Below are positions 9,353 through 17,617 of a stretch of 64,000 bases of DNA, one piece after another. The translations under genes and the position numbers were made by a program. Numbering within the stretch: position 1 is the first letter of the stretch; every line of letters begins with the position of its first letter. The DNA is from a virus. The stretch is taken from positions 1-64,000 of IMG/VR virus record IMGVR_UViG_3300036820_000003; one strand, given 5' to 3'. Below the pieces are notes generated by a model, which worked only from the letters and a program-made list of their open reading frames with translations, ran no database searches and was not told the DNA's origin.

Positions 9353-9833
9353 GCGGCCGGACTGGGACTCGTATTTCTTGGACATCTGCCGGGCGGTGGC
9401 GGCGCGGGCGGACTGCACTCGCCGTCGAGTGGGAGCCGTCATCGTCGATCGGAGCCATCGAATCTTGTCGTGCGGCTACAACGGCGCTCCCTCGGGGGAG
9501 CCAGGCTGCCTGAGTGACGGAGCATGCCCGCGCGGACGGCACTATCTCCTTGGTCGTGAGCTGCGACTGGACGCTTCCACAGGATCGCAGTGCGCCTGCG
9601 GAAACCGATGGCCGTGCCCGAATGCTGTGAGCCCGAGCAGCAGCTATGATTCAGGGCCGGGGACATGTCCGGGGATCCACGCTGAGATGAATGCGATAAT
9701 GTTTTCGAGCTGGGAGCCTCGTCAGGGCGGGGTTATCTACGTGACTTGCGTGCCGTGTCCCGGCTGCCGTAGGATGATCAGGGGGTCGGGGATCAAGCGG
9801 ATCGTGTGGCCGGAAGGAACTGAAATACTCTGA
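9339..9833 (+). CDS. dCMP deaminase (ComEB family)
   Basis: RPDWDSYF, VGAVIV, GYNGAP, HAEMNAI and PCPGC. Confidence 0.93.
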   Translation: MTVTERPDWDSYFLDICRAVAARADCTRRRVGAVIVDRSHRILSCGYNGAPSGEPGCLSDGACPRGRHYLLGRELRLDASTGSQCACGNRWPCPNAVSPSSSYDSGPGTCPGIHAEMNAIMFSSWEPRQGGVIYVTCVPCPGCRRMIRGSGIKRIVWPEGTEIL

Positions 9834-9840
9834 CTGGACG

Positions 9841-9910
9841 TTGCATACCTGCGCGCACTACTGTAGTGTAGCAAGTGTTAGCAGGTAGTCCCGTCCGCTG
9901 GGCGGACGGG
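9841..9910 (+). promoter_or_regulatory. Housekeeping-sigma-type promoter and 5' hairpin of the RAMP-like operon
   Basis: TTGCAT (9841) -17 nt- TAGTGT (9864); perfect 9-bp hairpin CCCGTCCGC-TGG-GCGGACGGG at 9890-9910; RBS AAGGAG before 9931. Confidence 0.6.
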
Positions 9911-9930
9911 GCTCCCCTTACGGCAAGGAG

Positions 9931-10629
9931 ATGCCCATGCCTGAAGAAGAGTCTACCATACAGAATGGCGTGGTAGCCATTAAGCGGATCGCCTCAGAGA
10001 CTATCTACGTTCCGTTGATCGGGACTTCGCCGCTCATCGTTAGCAAATTCTCGCAAAAGGCGAAGCGTCAGATGCTAGACGCACAGCAAGGACGAAAGAG
10101 CCCCCGGGAAGCGCGTAATCCGCAAGCGGAGTACGAGGCTTCCAAGTACGAGGGGAAGGACGACGGCGGGAACACCATCTACGGGTTCCCCGCCTCCGGG
10201 TTCAAGAACGCGACCGTCAGCGCGGCACGGTTCTATGGTCGGGACGTCAAGATGACGGAGCTACGGCAGTTCATCTTCGTCCGTGGACGCTACTTCCCGG
10301 AGGAGAAGCAGCAGTTCGCTGTCATCGAGGGCACCCCGAACATGCGCGAGGACTGCGTCCGCCTCGCCGGAGCCGGACGACCGGCTGATCTGCGTTATCG
10401 CGCGGAGTTCACTCCCTGGCGCGCTATTCTCGTAGTCACCTACGTCGCGTCGCTACTGTCCAAGGACTCAGTGCTGTCCCTCATCGACGCAGCGGGCATG
10501 GGCGTCGGGATCGGTGAGTGGCGACCGGAGCACAAGGGCGAGTTCGGCACGTTCCAGATCGACGAGAAGCGTGACCCGGCCGACATACTGGTTAATGTCA
10601 AGGCGTGCTACGGGGACGCCAATGGCTGA
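9931..10629 (+). CDS. Stand-alone RAMP/Cas7-like protein (Vipr-like candidate effector)
   Basis: IYVPLIGTSPLIV (first RRM strand), YGFPASGFKNAT (cf. RAMP iPgSslKGa), and C-terminal Gly-rich loop AAGMGVGIGEWRPEHKGEFGTF; upstream of the pentamer array. Confidence 0.75.
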   Translation: MPMPEEESTIQNGVVAIKRIASETIYVPLIGTSPLIVSKFSQKAKRQMLDAQQGRKSPREARNPQAEYEASKYEGKDDGGNTIYGFPASGFKNATVSAARFYGRDVKMTELRQFIFVRGRYFPEEKQQFAVIEGTPNMREDCVRLAGAGRPADLRYRAEFTPWRAILVVTYVASLLSKDSVLSLIDAAGMGVGIGEWRPEHKGEFGTFQIDEKRDPADILVNVKACYGDANG

Positions 10630-11044
10630 CCTGCGAACCGAGCTTGCCAAGATTTACGAGCAATACGGCAAGCTCACTGCGGAGATCGTGCTAGAGGAGG
10701 CAACTCCGGTAGACCACCCGCTTCACTCCCAATTCACCTGGGACGACAGCGAGGCAGCTCGCCTGTACCGTCTCGAAGAAGCACGACGACTCATCCGAAT
10801 CGTCCGGGATCCCATCACCACGTCCAGTGGTGAGGTGGCGCGCGTCCGAACGTATCACTCACTCCCTCAGGAGGGTGGTGACCGTGCCTATCAGTCTACG
10901 GATGACATCGTGAAGGACGATATCTCCACGCAGATTCTTCTCCGGCAAGCCGAACGAGAGTACCGTACACTCCTCACGAAGTACGGTCATCTCAAGGAGT
11001 TCATCGAGATGGTGCGGGCGAGCCTGCTCGAAGAAGTAGCTTGA
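10622..11044 (+). CDS. Conserved phage hypothetical protein, accessory gene between the RAMP gene and the array
   Basis: ATG overlaps the RAMP stop region; motif HPLHSQFTWDDSEAARLYRLEEARRLIR. Confidence 0.8.
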   Translation: MADLRTELAKIYEQYGKLTAEIVLEEATPVDHPLHSQFTWDDSEAARLYRLEEARRLIRIVRDPITTSSGEVARVRTYHSLPQEGGDRAYQSTDDIVKDDISTQILLRQAEREYRTLLTKYGHLKEFIEMVRASLLEEVA

Positions 11045-11049
11045 CATAA

Positions 11050-11703
11050 GTGTTACGGTGCGGTACGGCAGTCGAGTCAAGGCACGGAGTGTTCAGGCGG
11101 GGTTAGTTAGGGTTTGTTACGGTGATGTCTGGTGCGTCGGGTGTGGTTGAGCAGTCGAGGTGAGGTGTCGCGAGTCACGTCATGGCTTGGCGGTGTACGT
11201 CAGTCGAGGCGATGTACTGTATCGTGAGGCGCGGGTAGGTCATGTCCGTTCGGGTATGGTCAGGTAAGTCAGTCTAGGTGCGGTTTCGTGGGGTGTCGCG
11301 GGGACAGGTTAGGCTGGGTGCGGCAGTCAAGGCGATGTGCGGTTTCGCGGGGCACAGTCCGTTTTGGCATGGTGTGGCAGTCGCGGTGAAGTGCGGGTTG
11401 GCGGGGTCTGTTACGGTGTAGTCAGTTCGGGCGTGGTATGGTCGGGCAGTCTAGGTTTGGCTAGGTTGGGTCAGTTCGTGCGCGGTTCGGCGTGGCTTGG
11501 CGGTCACGGTACTGCGTGGCGTGGCTAGGCTCGGCAGTTATGGCCCGGCTTGGTAGAGTATGGTATGTCCTGGTGTGGTCAGGTAAGTCAGTTACGGCGG
11601 GGTTTGGCTTATCAAGGCGTGGCCCGTCAAGGTGAGTCATGGCAGTCCAGGTAAGGTGTGTTTGGGTCTGTCATGGTCAGGTCTGGTGGGGCAGTCAAGG
11701 TTC
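11050..11703 (+). repeat. GGY-NN pentamer array of 11 units, putative guide-RNA (vrRNA-like) array
   Basis: Delimiters (G/A)(G/T)C(A/G)GT(C/T)NN at 11067, 11150, 11199, 11268, 11322, 11376, 11445, 11499, 11533, 11587, 11641 and 11690. The last ten spacings are 49, 69, 54, 54, 69, 54, 34, 54, 54 and 49 nt (all 5n+4). Hand count: 58/90 pentamers are exact GGYNN and 87/90 have a pyrimidine at position 3. No credible ORF. Confidence 0.92.
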
Positions 11704-11721
11704 GGATGCTATACTTAGGAC

Positions 11722-13494
11722 ATGAGCGCACTCTCAGATGTCCAGCTCCACCTGATCACCAGTCTCGATGAGGCACTAGAACTCAAGCGCTGGCTGGGAG
11801 AGCGGCGCGAGATTCTCGCAGTGGACACGGAATCGTCCGGCTTGAGTCCCACGAGAGACAAGCTACGTCTTGTCCAAGTGGGAGATCACAAACAAGGCTG
11901 GGCGATTCCGTGGCCTATGTGGGGCGGTTTCGTAAAAGACATCTTCCGTGACTACGACGGACCAATTGTCATGCATAACCTCCCGCATGACTGGCGTTTC
12001 TTGCATCTTCAGGGGGATATCACACTCCCTTGGCATCGTCTAGATGATACATTGCTCATGGCTAGCCTTGACGATCCCGCCCGTCCCCGTGGACTCAAGC
12101 CCCTGTCGAAAAAACTTGTTGACCCCCGGGCGGATTCGGGTCAAAGAGCGCTCGATGATGGAATGAAGGCCGCAGGCTGGACATGGGCTACAGTTCCAGT
12201 AGACTTTGTGCCCTACTGGTATTATTCAGCACTCGACCCGGTGCTAACCGCTCACCTGTGGTCGTATTTGAAACCACGAGTGAGTCGTGATTGCCCTCTA
12301 GCGTACGATCTAGAACTAGGCACTAATCGGGTGTGCACTCAGATGATGCTACGTGGTATTCGACTCGATCGAGAATATGTAGCCGAAGCACAAGACAAAC
12401 TGGAAAAATACTCTAAGGATGCACGCTTCTGGCTTGATGCTGCTTACGGAATTAACAGCGTACTGAGCGCTAAGCAAATCTCAAGTGCTCTATCTTCACA
12501 CGGTGAGCCTCCTACAGCCTGGACTCCCACTGGCTTGCCGAAGATGGACAAGGAGTTTCTAACCCGCATTCGTGACTTCGGTCGGACCTCGGAGGCCCGC
12601 GAGATCGCGCAGCAGGTGCTCGGGGTGCGTCATGCTGAAAAAATGATCAGCTCTTACCTCGAAAATTTCGTTAAGCGCATGGATGACGATGGCATGGTAC
12701 GCTGCAGTATCTGGTCTGCGGAGGCAATCACGGGACGGATGAGTTGTACCGATCCCGCATTGCAGACTCTTTCGCGCGATGATACATTTATCCGTGGAAG
12801 CTTCATCCCCCGCGAGGGAAATGTCTTCATCTCCTGCGACTACTCGCAGGTTGAGGCGCGGCTGGCGGCGCATTATGGTCGCGACCTGGACATGATCCAG
12901 GCATTTCTAGACGCGGACGCGGGCGGGCCGGACTTTTTCACGACGATCGCCTCCCAGATCTACAACCGTCCGATCTCGAAGGCGGACATCGAACGCCAGT
13001 TCACTAAGAACGTCACCTACTGCACCATCTATGGCGGCGGACTCGAAAAGATGGCGAAGACCGGCGGGGTGAGTCCGGAGGTGATGGCCCCGGTGAAGGA
13101 GGGGTTCGACACTCGGTTCCCGGGGTTGCGCCGGTTCATGGCGGAGATCACAGCCGAAGCCAAAGAAACGGGCCGCCGGGAAGGTCGCCCGGCGGTCCGT
13201 TCTGGGATGGGACGCTACCTGCCGGTGGAGGAGCGCAAGGAGTACGTGGCGTCCAACCGGGTGATCCAGGCCGAGGCCGCCGAGGTGCTCAAGCGGGCGA
13301 TGCTCGACCTGGACGCGGCAGGGCTGGGCGAGTACATGATCCTCCCCATCCACGACGAGGTACTGTTCGATGTCCCTCGTGAGGAATCCGAGGAGGCGTG
13401 CAAGCTGATCGGTGATGTGATGACCGTGACGGACCGCTACCTGGTCCCGCTTACCGCTAAGGCCCAGATCCTTGAGGAGCGCTGGGCGAAGTAG
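11722..13494 (+). CDS. polA: DNA polymerase I (family A; 3'-5' exonuclease plus polymerase)
   Basis: VDTES, HNLPHD, CDYSQVEAR (motif A), RQFTKNVTYCTIYGGG (motif B) and IHDE (motif C). Leaderless start 6 nt after TATACT. Confidence 0.95.
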   Translation: MSALSDVQLHLITSLDEALELKRWLGERREILAVDTESSGLSPTRDKLRLVQVGDHKQGWAIPWPMWGGFVKDIFRDYDGPIVMHNLPHDWRFLHLQGDITLPWHRLDDTLLMASLDDPARPRGLKPLSKKLVDPRADSGQRALDDGMKAAGWTWATVPVDFVPYWYYSALDPVLTAHLWSYLKPRVSRDCPLAYDLELGTNRVCTQMMLRGIRLDREYVAEAQDKLEKYSKDARFWLDAAYGINSVLSAKQISSALSSHGEPPTAWTPTGLPKMDKEFLTRIRDFGRTSEAREIAQQVLGVRHAEKMISSYLENFVKRMDDDGMVRCSIWSAEAITGRMSCTDPALQTLSRDDTFIRGSFIPREGNVFISCDYSQVEARLAAHYGRDLDMIQAFLDADAGGPDFFTTIASQIYNRPISKADIERQFTKNVTYCTIYGGGLEKMAKTGGVSPEVMAPVKEGFDTRFPGLRRFMAEITAEAKETGRREGRPAVRSGMGRYLPVEERKEYVASNRVIQAEAAEVLKRAMLDLDAAGLGEYMILPIHDEVLFDVPREESEEACKLIGDVMTVTDRYLVPLTAKAQILEERWAK

Positions 13495-13498
13495 TGCG

Positions 13499-13657
13499 CT
13501 AGGCCGGTGCGACGATCCCCGCGAGGGTGACCGCCGCCAGTCCTCCCGCCAGCAGCCACTCCCAATCCGGAGGTTTAAGGATCACGCTCCCCGCCGCGAG
13601 AGCCGACAGCACGAAGAACGCGAACCCGAGGATCATCAGCAGCTTCGATATAGGCAT
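13499..13657 (-). CDS. Small two-TM membrane protein (52 aa; not in the ORF track)
   Basis: Manual translation MPISKLLMILGFAFFVLSALAAGSVILKPPDWEWLLAGGLAAVTLAGIVAPA. Confidence 0.7.
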   Translation of the reverse strand: MPISKLLMILGFAFFVLSALAAGSVILKPPDWEWLLAGGLAAVTLAGIVAPA

Positions 13658-13741
13658 ACCGTCGCCCTACCCAGCCAAACGCGCCTCACACATCTCGTGT
13701 GAGGCGCGATTAACTCAGGCCATTGCTTCACGTCACAGGAG

Positions 13742-14086
13742 TTAGAGTTCGGAGGCAGAGGGCATCACCTCCTCGTCGTACTCCCACAAGGTCAGCTGCT
13801 CGTGATTCCACACCCTGGAGTGCCGCTGGAAAATCCGGGCCTCGACGGCGGCGTTCAGCTCCCGCCACGTCTCGATCGAAATGGGAATCTCGCGTTCCTG
13901 CCTGGACTCGTAGTACTTGGACTGGTACTGGAACCAGATTACCGGCAGGTCTTGCAGCACTCCGTCCCGCCATATCGAGCTGACAAGGAACCACAGAGCC
14001 TGCGGAGCCCCGCCCTCGTTGTGCTCCTCGACGTACACGATCTGCGGTCCGCCGTCGTCAATCAGTTGCTCGTCGTAGTCATTCAT
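13742..14086 (-). CDS. Hypothetical protein
   Basis: Coupled ORF in the minus-strand operon. Confidence 0.6.
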   Translation of the reverse strand: MNDYDEQLIDDGGPQIVYVEEHNEGGAPQALWFLVSSIWRDGVLQDLPVIWFQYQSKYYESRQEREIPISIETWRELNAAVEARIFQRHSRVWNHEQLTLWEYDEEVMPSASEL

Positions 14087-14378
14087 CTTCGTCCGCTCCT
14101 AGTTGCAGCAGCCTCCGCACCCACGCCAGATCCGGCAGCACAACAGGCCGGGCTGCGGGCGCGTCGGCCGGCTTGAGCAGGATGTCCTGCTTCCACGGCT
14201 CGGCATAATATGCGTTGTCCGAATGCGAGTTGTTGCTTCGCAGGCAGATAGTCCTGTCAGCGCGAATGCCGTTCAGGTACACTCCGCAGAACTGCTTGAC
14301 CTCCTCGATCTCGAAGTTCTTTTCGAGCGGCAAGATCAGATAATCCCTGATTCCGATCTTATACTGATAGACTGTCAT
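14079..14378 (-). CDS. Hypothetical protein
   Basis: RBS GGAAGGAAG; coupled to neighbours. Confidence 0.6.
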   Translation of the reverse strand: MTVYQYKIGIRDYLILPLEKNFEIEEVKQFCGVYLNGIRADRTICLRSNNSHSDNAYYAEPWKQDILLKPADAPAARPVVLPDLAWVRRLLQLGADEDE

Positions 14379-15360
14379 GCTTCCTTCCGAATTCCGTCAG
14401 AATCTCATCGATTGCACGGTCTGCGTATCTCGCGTACGGATCTACCTGCACGTAGTTGCCTCGCATGGCATCCTCGGCCCGGGATCCGTCGTCCCACATG
14501 CTGCAGACGGAGCTGAAGGGGCAGTACCACTGGCAGTCGTCACCCTCGACGTACCGTACGACGCTTTGATGATACTCGCCCGCCTCGATTCTCGCCCGCG
14601 CGTCCCGGATCTCGGTCGCGAGCTGTCGCACCCGCAGCCAGGTGGAATTGAGGTCGTGCCGGTTGTAGGCAAACTCCACTACCTGGTAGAACGGCCCCTT
14701 CGCACGCGGCGTTCGTTTTGATCGCAGCAGCATGACGTACTGCCCGCCGTCGGGACGACGGAGATGAGGCGTGTCAAGCGCCTGCAGCGCCTGAATCATG
14801 GTGTAGGTTTTCATCTGCGTGCTGATCGCCAGCCGGTCGGCCTTCGAAAAAGTTCCGACCGTCTTGTAGTCCCGGAAGAACACGGCTCCGTCGTCAAGTC
14901 TACGGACGAGCGCGTCCAGCTTGCAGATGAGCCGGAACTCCCCCCCGTCCGTCATGAACGGGAGGGTCACCGACGTCTCGCGCTCCGTGGCAATCACCTC
15001 GTACCCCGAGTTGTATCCCTCCTCGGCCGCCCAGTCGAGGAACCCCTCCAGCATCGCGAAGGCAAGCTCGCGTTCCTTCAGCAGATCGCCCTCCTCGCCG
15101 GACTCCTCTATCGCCCTGCGATAGATGAAATCGAGAGCGTCGAGTCCGGGTATCCCGTGTCCCTCGTGCGCTTCGAGCGCTAGGTGCAGCCGGGTGCCGA
15201 GGAGCGCGGATCCGGTCACAGGGGCGGTGACCGGATCCCGTCCCCACCTCAGGTACGTCCCCAGGTACCAGCGACGCGGGCAGCGCGCCCACGTCGCCAG
15301 TTCCGAGTGCGATAGAGTCAGAAGGTCATCCTGACTGCGGCCTGCGTTCGAGCTGATCAC
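14359..15360 (-). CDS. Cas4/RecB-like PD-(D/E)XK exonuclease
   Basis: SHSEL..WARCPRRW, GTRLHLALE, KLDALV, RDYKT and C-terminal CQWYCPFSSVC. Confidence 0.88.
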   Translation of the reverse strand: MISSNAGRSQDDLLTLSHSELATWARCPRRWYLGTYLRWGRDPVTAPVTGSALLGTRLHLALEAHEGHGIPGLDALDFIYRRAIEESGEEGDLLKERELAFAMLEGFLDWAAEEGYNSGYEVIATERETSVTLPFMTDGGEFRLICKLDALVRRLDDGAVFFRDYKTVGTFSKADRLAISTQMKTYTMIQALQALDTPHLRRPDGGQYVMLLRSKRTPRAKGPFYQVVEFAYNRHDLNSTWLRVRQLATEIRDARARIEAGEYHQSVVRYVEGDDCQWYCPFSSVCSMWDDGSRAEDAMRGNYVQVDPYARYADRAIDEILTEFGRKHDSLSV

Positions 15361-16456
15361 TCTTAGATCTTAGCAGGCCGAGGAACCGCTGCGCAATGCG
15401 GTCCACGTCCCGGTCGTTCAGCCGGGTGCCGTCGCGCAGCTGGTCCTCCAGGTACTTGACCCGGTTCTCGGCGGCCTCTGCCCGCATTTTCAGGCCGATG
15501 TTCTCAGTTTCCATGGCGGCCACCTGCTGCGCGAACACTGCCGCCTGGGCGGACAGCGTGCCGACAGGCACCTGAACAGGAGCGGCTGGAGGGACAGGCG
15601 GCTTGAACGTGACGGGAGGCGCGACTGCAGGGGAGCGCGGCTGGTCCACAAGCGAGCGTGTCCTGGTCGGCACGGTCGACGTGACGGGGGGCGGCGACGG
15701 CGGCGGATCGGATTCGACTGCGACGCCCGCCTTGGCGAGCATCTCCTCCCTGACCTCCCCCGCTTCCTGTATGAGCTGATCGTGCATGAAGGTTCCCGGC
15801 TTGAACTTATGCACGACCCCGATATGCTTGCTGAGACTCAGCTTGTCAGTCGGCTCGATCTGATTGCAGTAGTTCGCGAGGGGGCACCACCAGTCTTTCT
15901 CGACTGACTTCGGGCTGGTCGCGGTTGCGGTTGCCTGTTTTGCCTGGGACTTGCGCTCTCCTGTGTCAACCTTGAGCGCCTCGGGCTCCGGGGGCTGGAG
16001 TTTCCTGGTGATTTCCTGCACCGCCACGTTGGGCAGGCGCATGCCGTCGGCCCCGTTGAACTCCAGGGCGATCCACCAGTGCTGCGAGCGGGCGGGGACC
16101 GTCCCGTTGCGCGAACTTGAGCTGGCCTCGCGACCGCGCTCGATCACCCGCAGGTTGCGTTTGGTGATCAGCCATGTCGTGATGGGACTTTGCGACTTCT
16201 TCCAGTCCATCTCGTGGAGCGGGAGCGGGGACGCCCCGTACGGCCACAAGGCGTGGAAGACGTCCTCCATATTTCCCGTCCACTCGTAGCCCTCGAAGCC
16301 GTCGAGAAGGTAAACACCCCCCTCGCGGGACGCCCGAGCATTGATATAGCTGTAAACCTGCCAGGCGGAGTGGATGATCTCCTCCGCCTGGCTCCCCGGG
16401 GTAGGGATGTCGCCGCCTCGCTTGGTCACGACGGCAGACTCGGCTAGTGTGGGCAT
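15326..16456 (-). CDS. Hypothetical protein with Pro-rich linker and C-terminal coiled coil
   Basis: Long ORF with RBS GAAGGAAGGA. Confidence 0.7.
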   Translation of the reverse strand: MPTLAESAVVTKRGGDIPTPGSQAEEIIHSAWQVYSYINARASREGGVYLLDGFEGYEWTGNMEDVFHALWPYGASPLPLHEMDWKKSQSPITTWLITKRNLRVIERGREASSSSRNGTVPARSQHWWIALEFNGADGMRLPNVAVQEITRKLQPPEPEALKVDTGERKSQAKQATATATSPKSVEKDWWCPLANYCNQIEPTDKLSLSKHIGVVHKFKPGTFMHDQLIQEAGEVREEMLAKAGVAVESDPPPSPPPVTSTVPTRTRSLVDQPRSPAVAPPVTFKPPVPPAAPVQVPVGTLSAQAAVFAQQVAAMETENIGLKMRAEAAENRVKYLEDQLRDGTRLNDRDVDRIAQRFLGLLRSKSDQLERRPQSG

Positions 16457-16485
16457 TCCTTCCTTCTTCCTTCCTGCTGCACGTG

Positions 16486-17043
16486 CTACATCAGCACCCT
16501 GGGCTTGCTGAACTCCCTTCTGATATCCTCGTAATCCTTCGAGAGCCCTAGCAGGAGACGACTCACCACGTAGGAGAACCCGTCACCCGCCCTGCTCTTG
16601 TCTCGCAGCGATTTGACCAGCTCGGCGGCGTTGCCCGAATGGATGGTGGGGATGTCGATCTCCACGTTGAACAGGCGCTCCCCCATTCCGGAAGCGCGAT
16701 AGTCACCCGGACGGCAGTCCACGCAGGGCACCCTGCCGTCCTCCATTTCCTTCCCGAGCCTGGGAATCCCCGTGTTGCAGGTTCTCGAGCCGGTTTCGGA
16801 CGTATTCGAGTAGTGACGGTGGTACTCTACGGACTTCCCGAGAACTCGTACGACCCACTTGCCCGTGGTCGTCTTGTAAGCCTCTATCTCCGTCCATCGA
16901 GTTTGATCTGTCTCGGTGGACTCCGTCCGGACAAGCCGCCCCTCGAACACGTTGGGCCGGTTCACCTTGTCTAGAAGCTCGAAATGCTGAAACGGGCCTT
17001 CCTCGTTGCTTTCGTCGTGAGCTTCAGCTATTGCCACGCTCAT
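16486..17043 (-). CDS. Hypothetical protein
   Basis: RBS GGAGGAAGA; RWTEIEAYKTTTGKWVV. Confidence 0.7.
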   Translation of the reverse strand: MSVAIAEAHDESNEEGPFQHFELLDKVNRPNVFEGRLVRTESTETDQTRWTEIEAYKTTTGKWVVRVLGKSVEYHRHYSNTSETGSRTCNTGIPRLGKEMEDGRVPCVDCRPGDYRASGMGERLFNVEIDIPTIHSGNAAELVKSLRDKSRAGDGFSYVVSRLLLGLSKDYEDIRREFSKPRVLM

Positions 17044-17209
17044 TCTTCCTCCGTTCCTTGTGACCTCCAGTATACACCACCCGGACCGACCGTGAGGCTG
17101 CTCCGCGTTGCGCGCTACCTGGCCACCCCCCTATACTACCCTATAGGGGGGCACGGTAAACAAGGCGGAGCCCCGCCTGGATAGATAGATAGAGTAGAAC
17201 GGGAACCTG

Positions 17210-17479
17210 ATGGCTGATCATGCGCGCAAGCGCAAGGGCAGACGCGGCTCCGACAAGGAGCGCGCGTTCAACCGACAGGACGTCCGGGACACCCCGAGGC
17301 GCAGACGCAGGCTGAAGCACAAGGAGATGAGCCGCAAGACCCATTCTCACGATCGGGAGTCGGTTCCTGAGAGCGAGAAGTTCCGCTGCCCGCGCTGTCG
17401 TCCGCTGCCGTGGCGAGAGAGCACGGCCATCCGCCCGGAGGCGGGACCGCGCGACTGGAAGCCGGCGAGGCGCGGATGA
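17210..17479 (+). CDS. Small basic hypothetical protein (CPRC knuckle)
   Basis: First ORF after a divergent intergenic region; ATGA coupling with a Cys-rich ORF at 17476. Confidence 0.5.
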   Translation: MADHARKRKGRRGSDKERAFNRQDVRDTPRRRRRLKHKEMSRKTHSHDRESVPESEKFRCPRCRPLPWRESTAIRPEAGPRDWKPARRG

Positions 17480-17617
17480 GCGATCATCCGTGCGCGTGCC
17501 GATCGGACGGGACGCCATGTCCCCTGAGGGTGTCCCGTCCGGGGGAGTTCTGCAAGTTCTGCAGCACGTCGGTGGTGTGCATCAGCCGCCGACTGGAAGG
17601 AAAGGGAATCGATCGCG

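Noticed and set aside
11050-11703. Canonical CRISPR array, or the 63-aa ORF 11337-11528
   Set aside because: No 23-47 nt identical repeats with unique spacers; the periodicity is 5 nt. The ORF is a G/V/W-rich by-product with no RBS.
14359-15360. Cas4-like nuclease as the guide-acquisition enzyme for the array
   Set aside because: It lies in a separate opposite-strand operon. Cas4/RecB-like exonucleases are routine actinophage recombination genes, here accompanied by Sak4-like and SSB genes.
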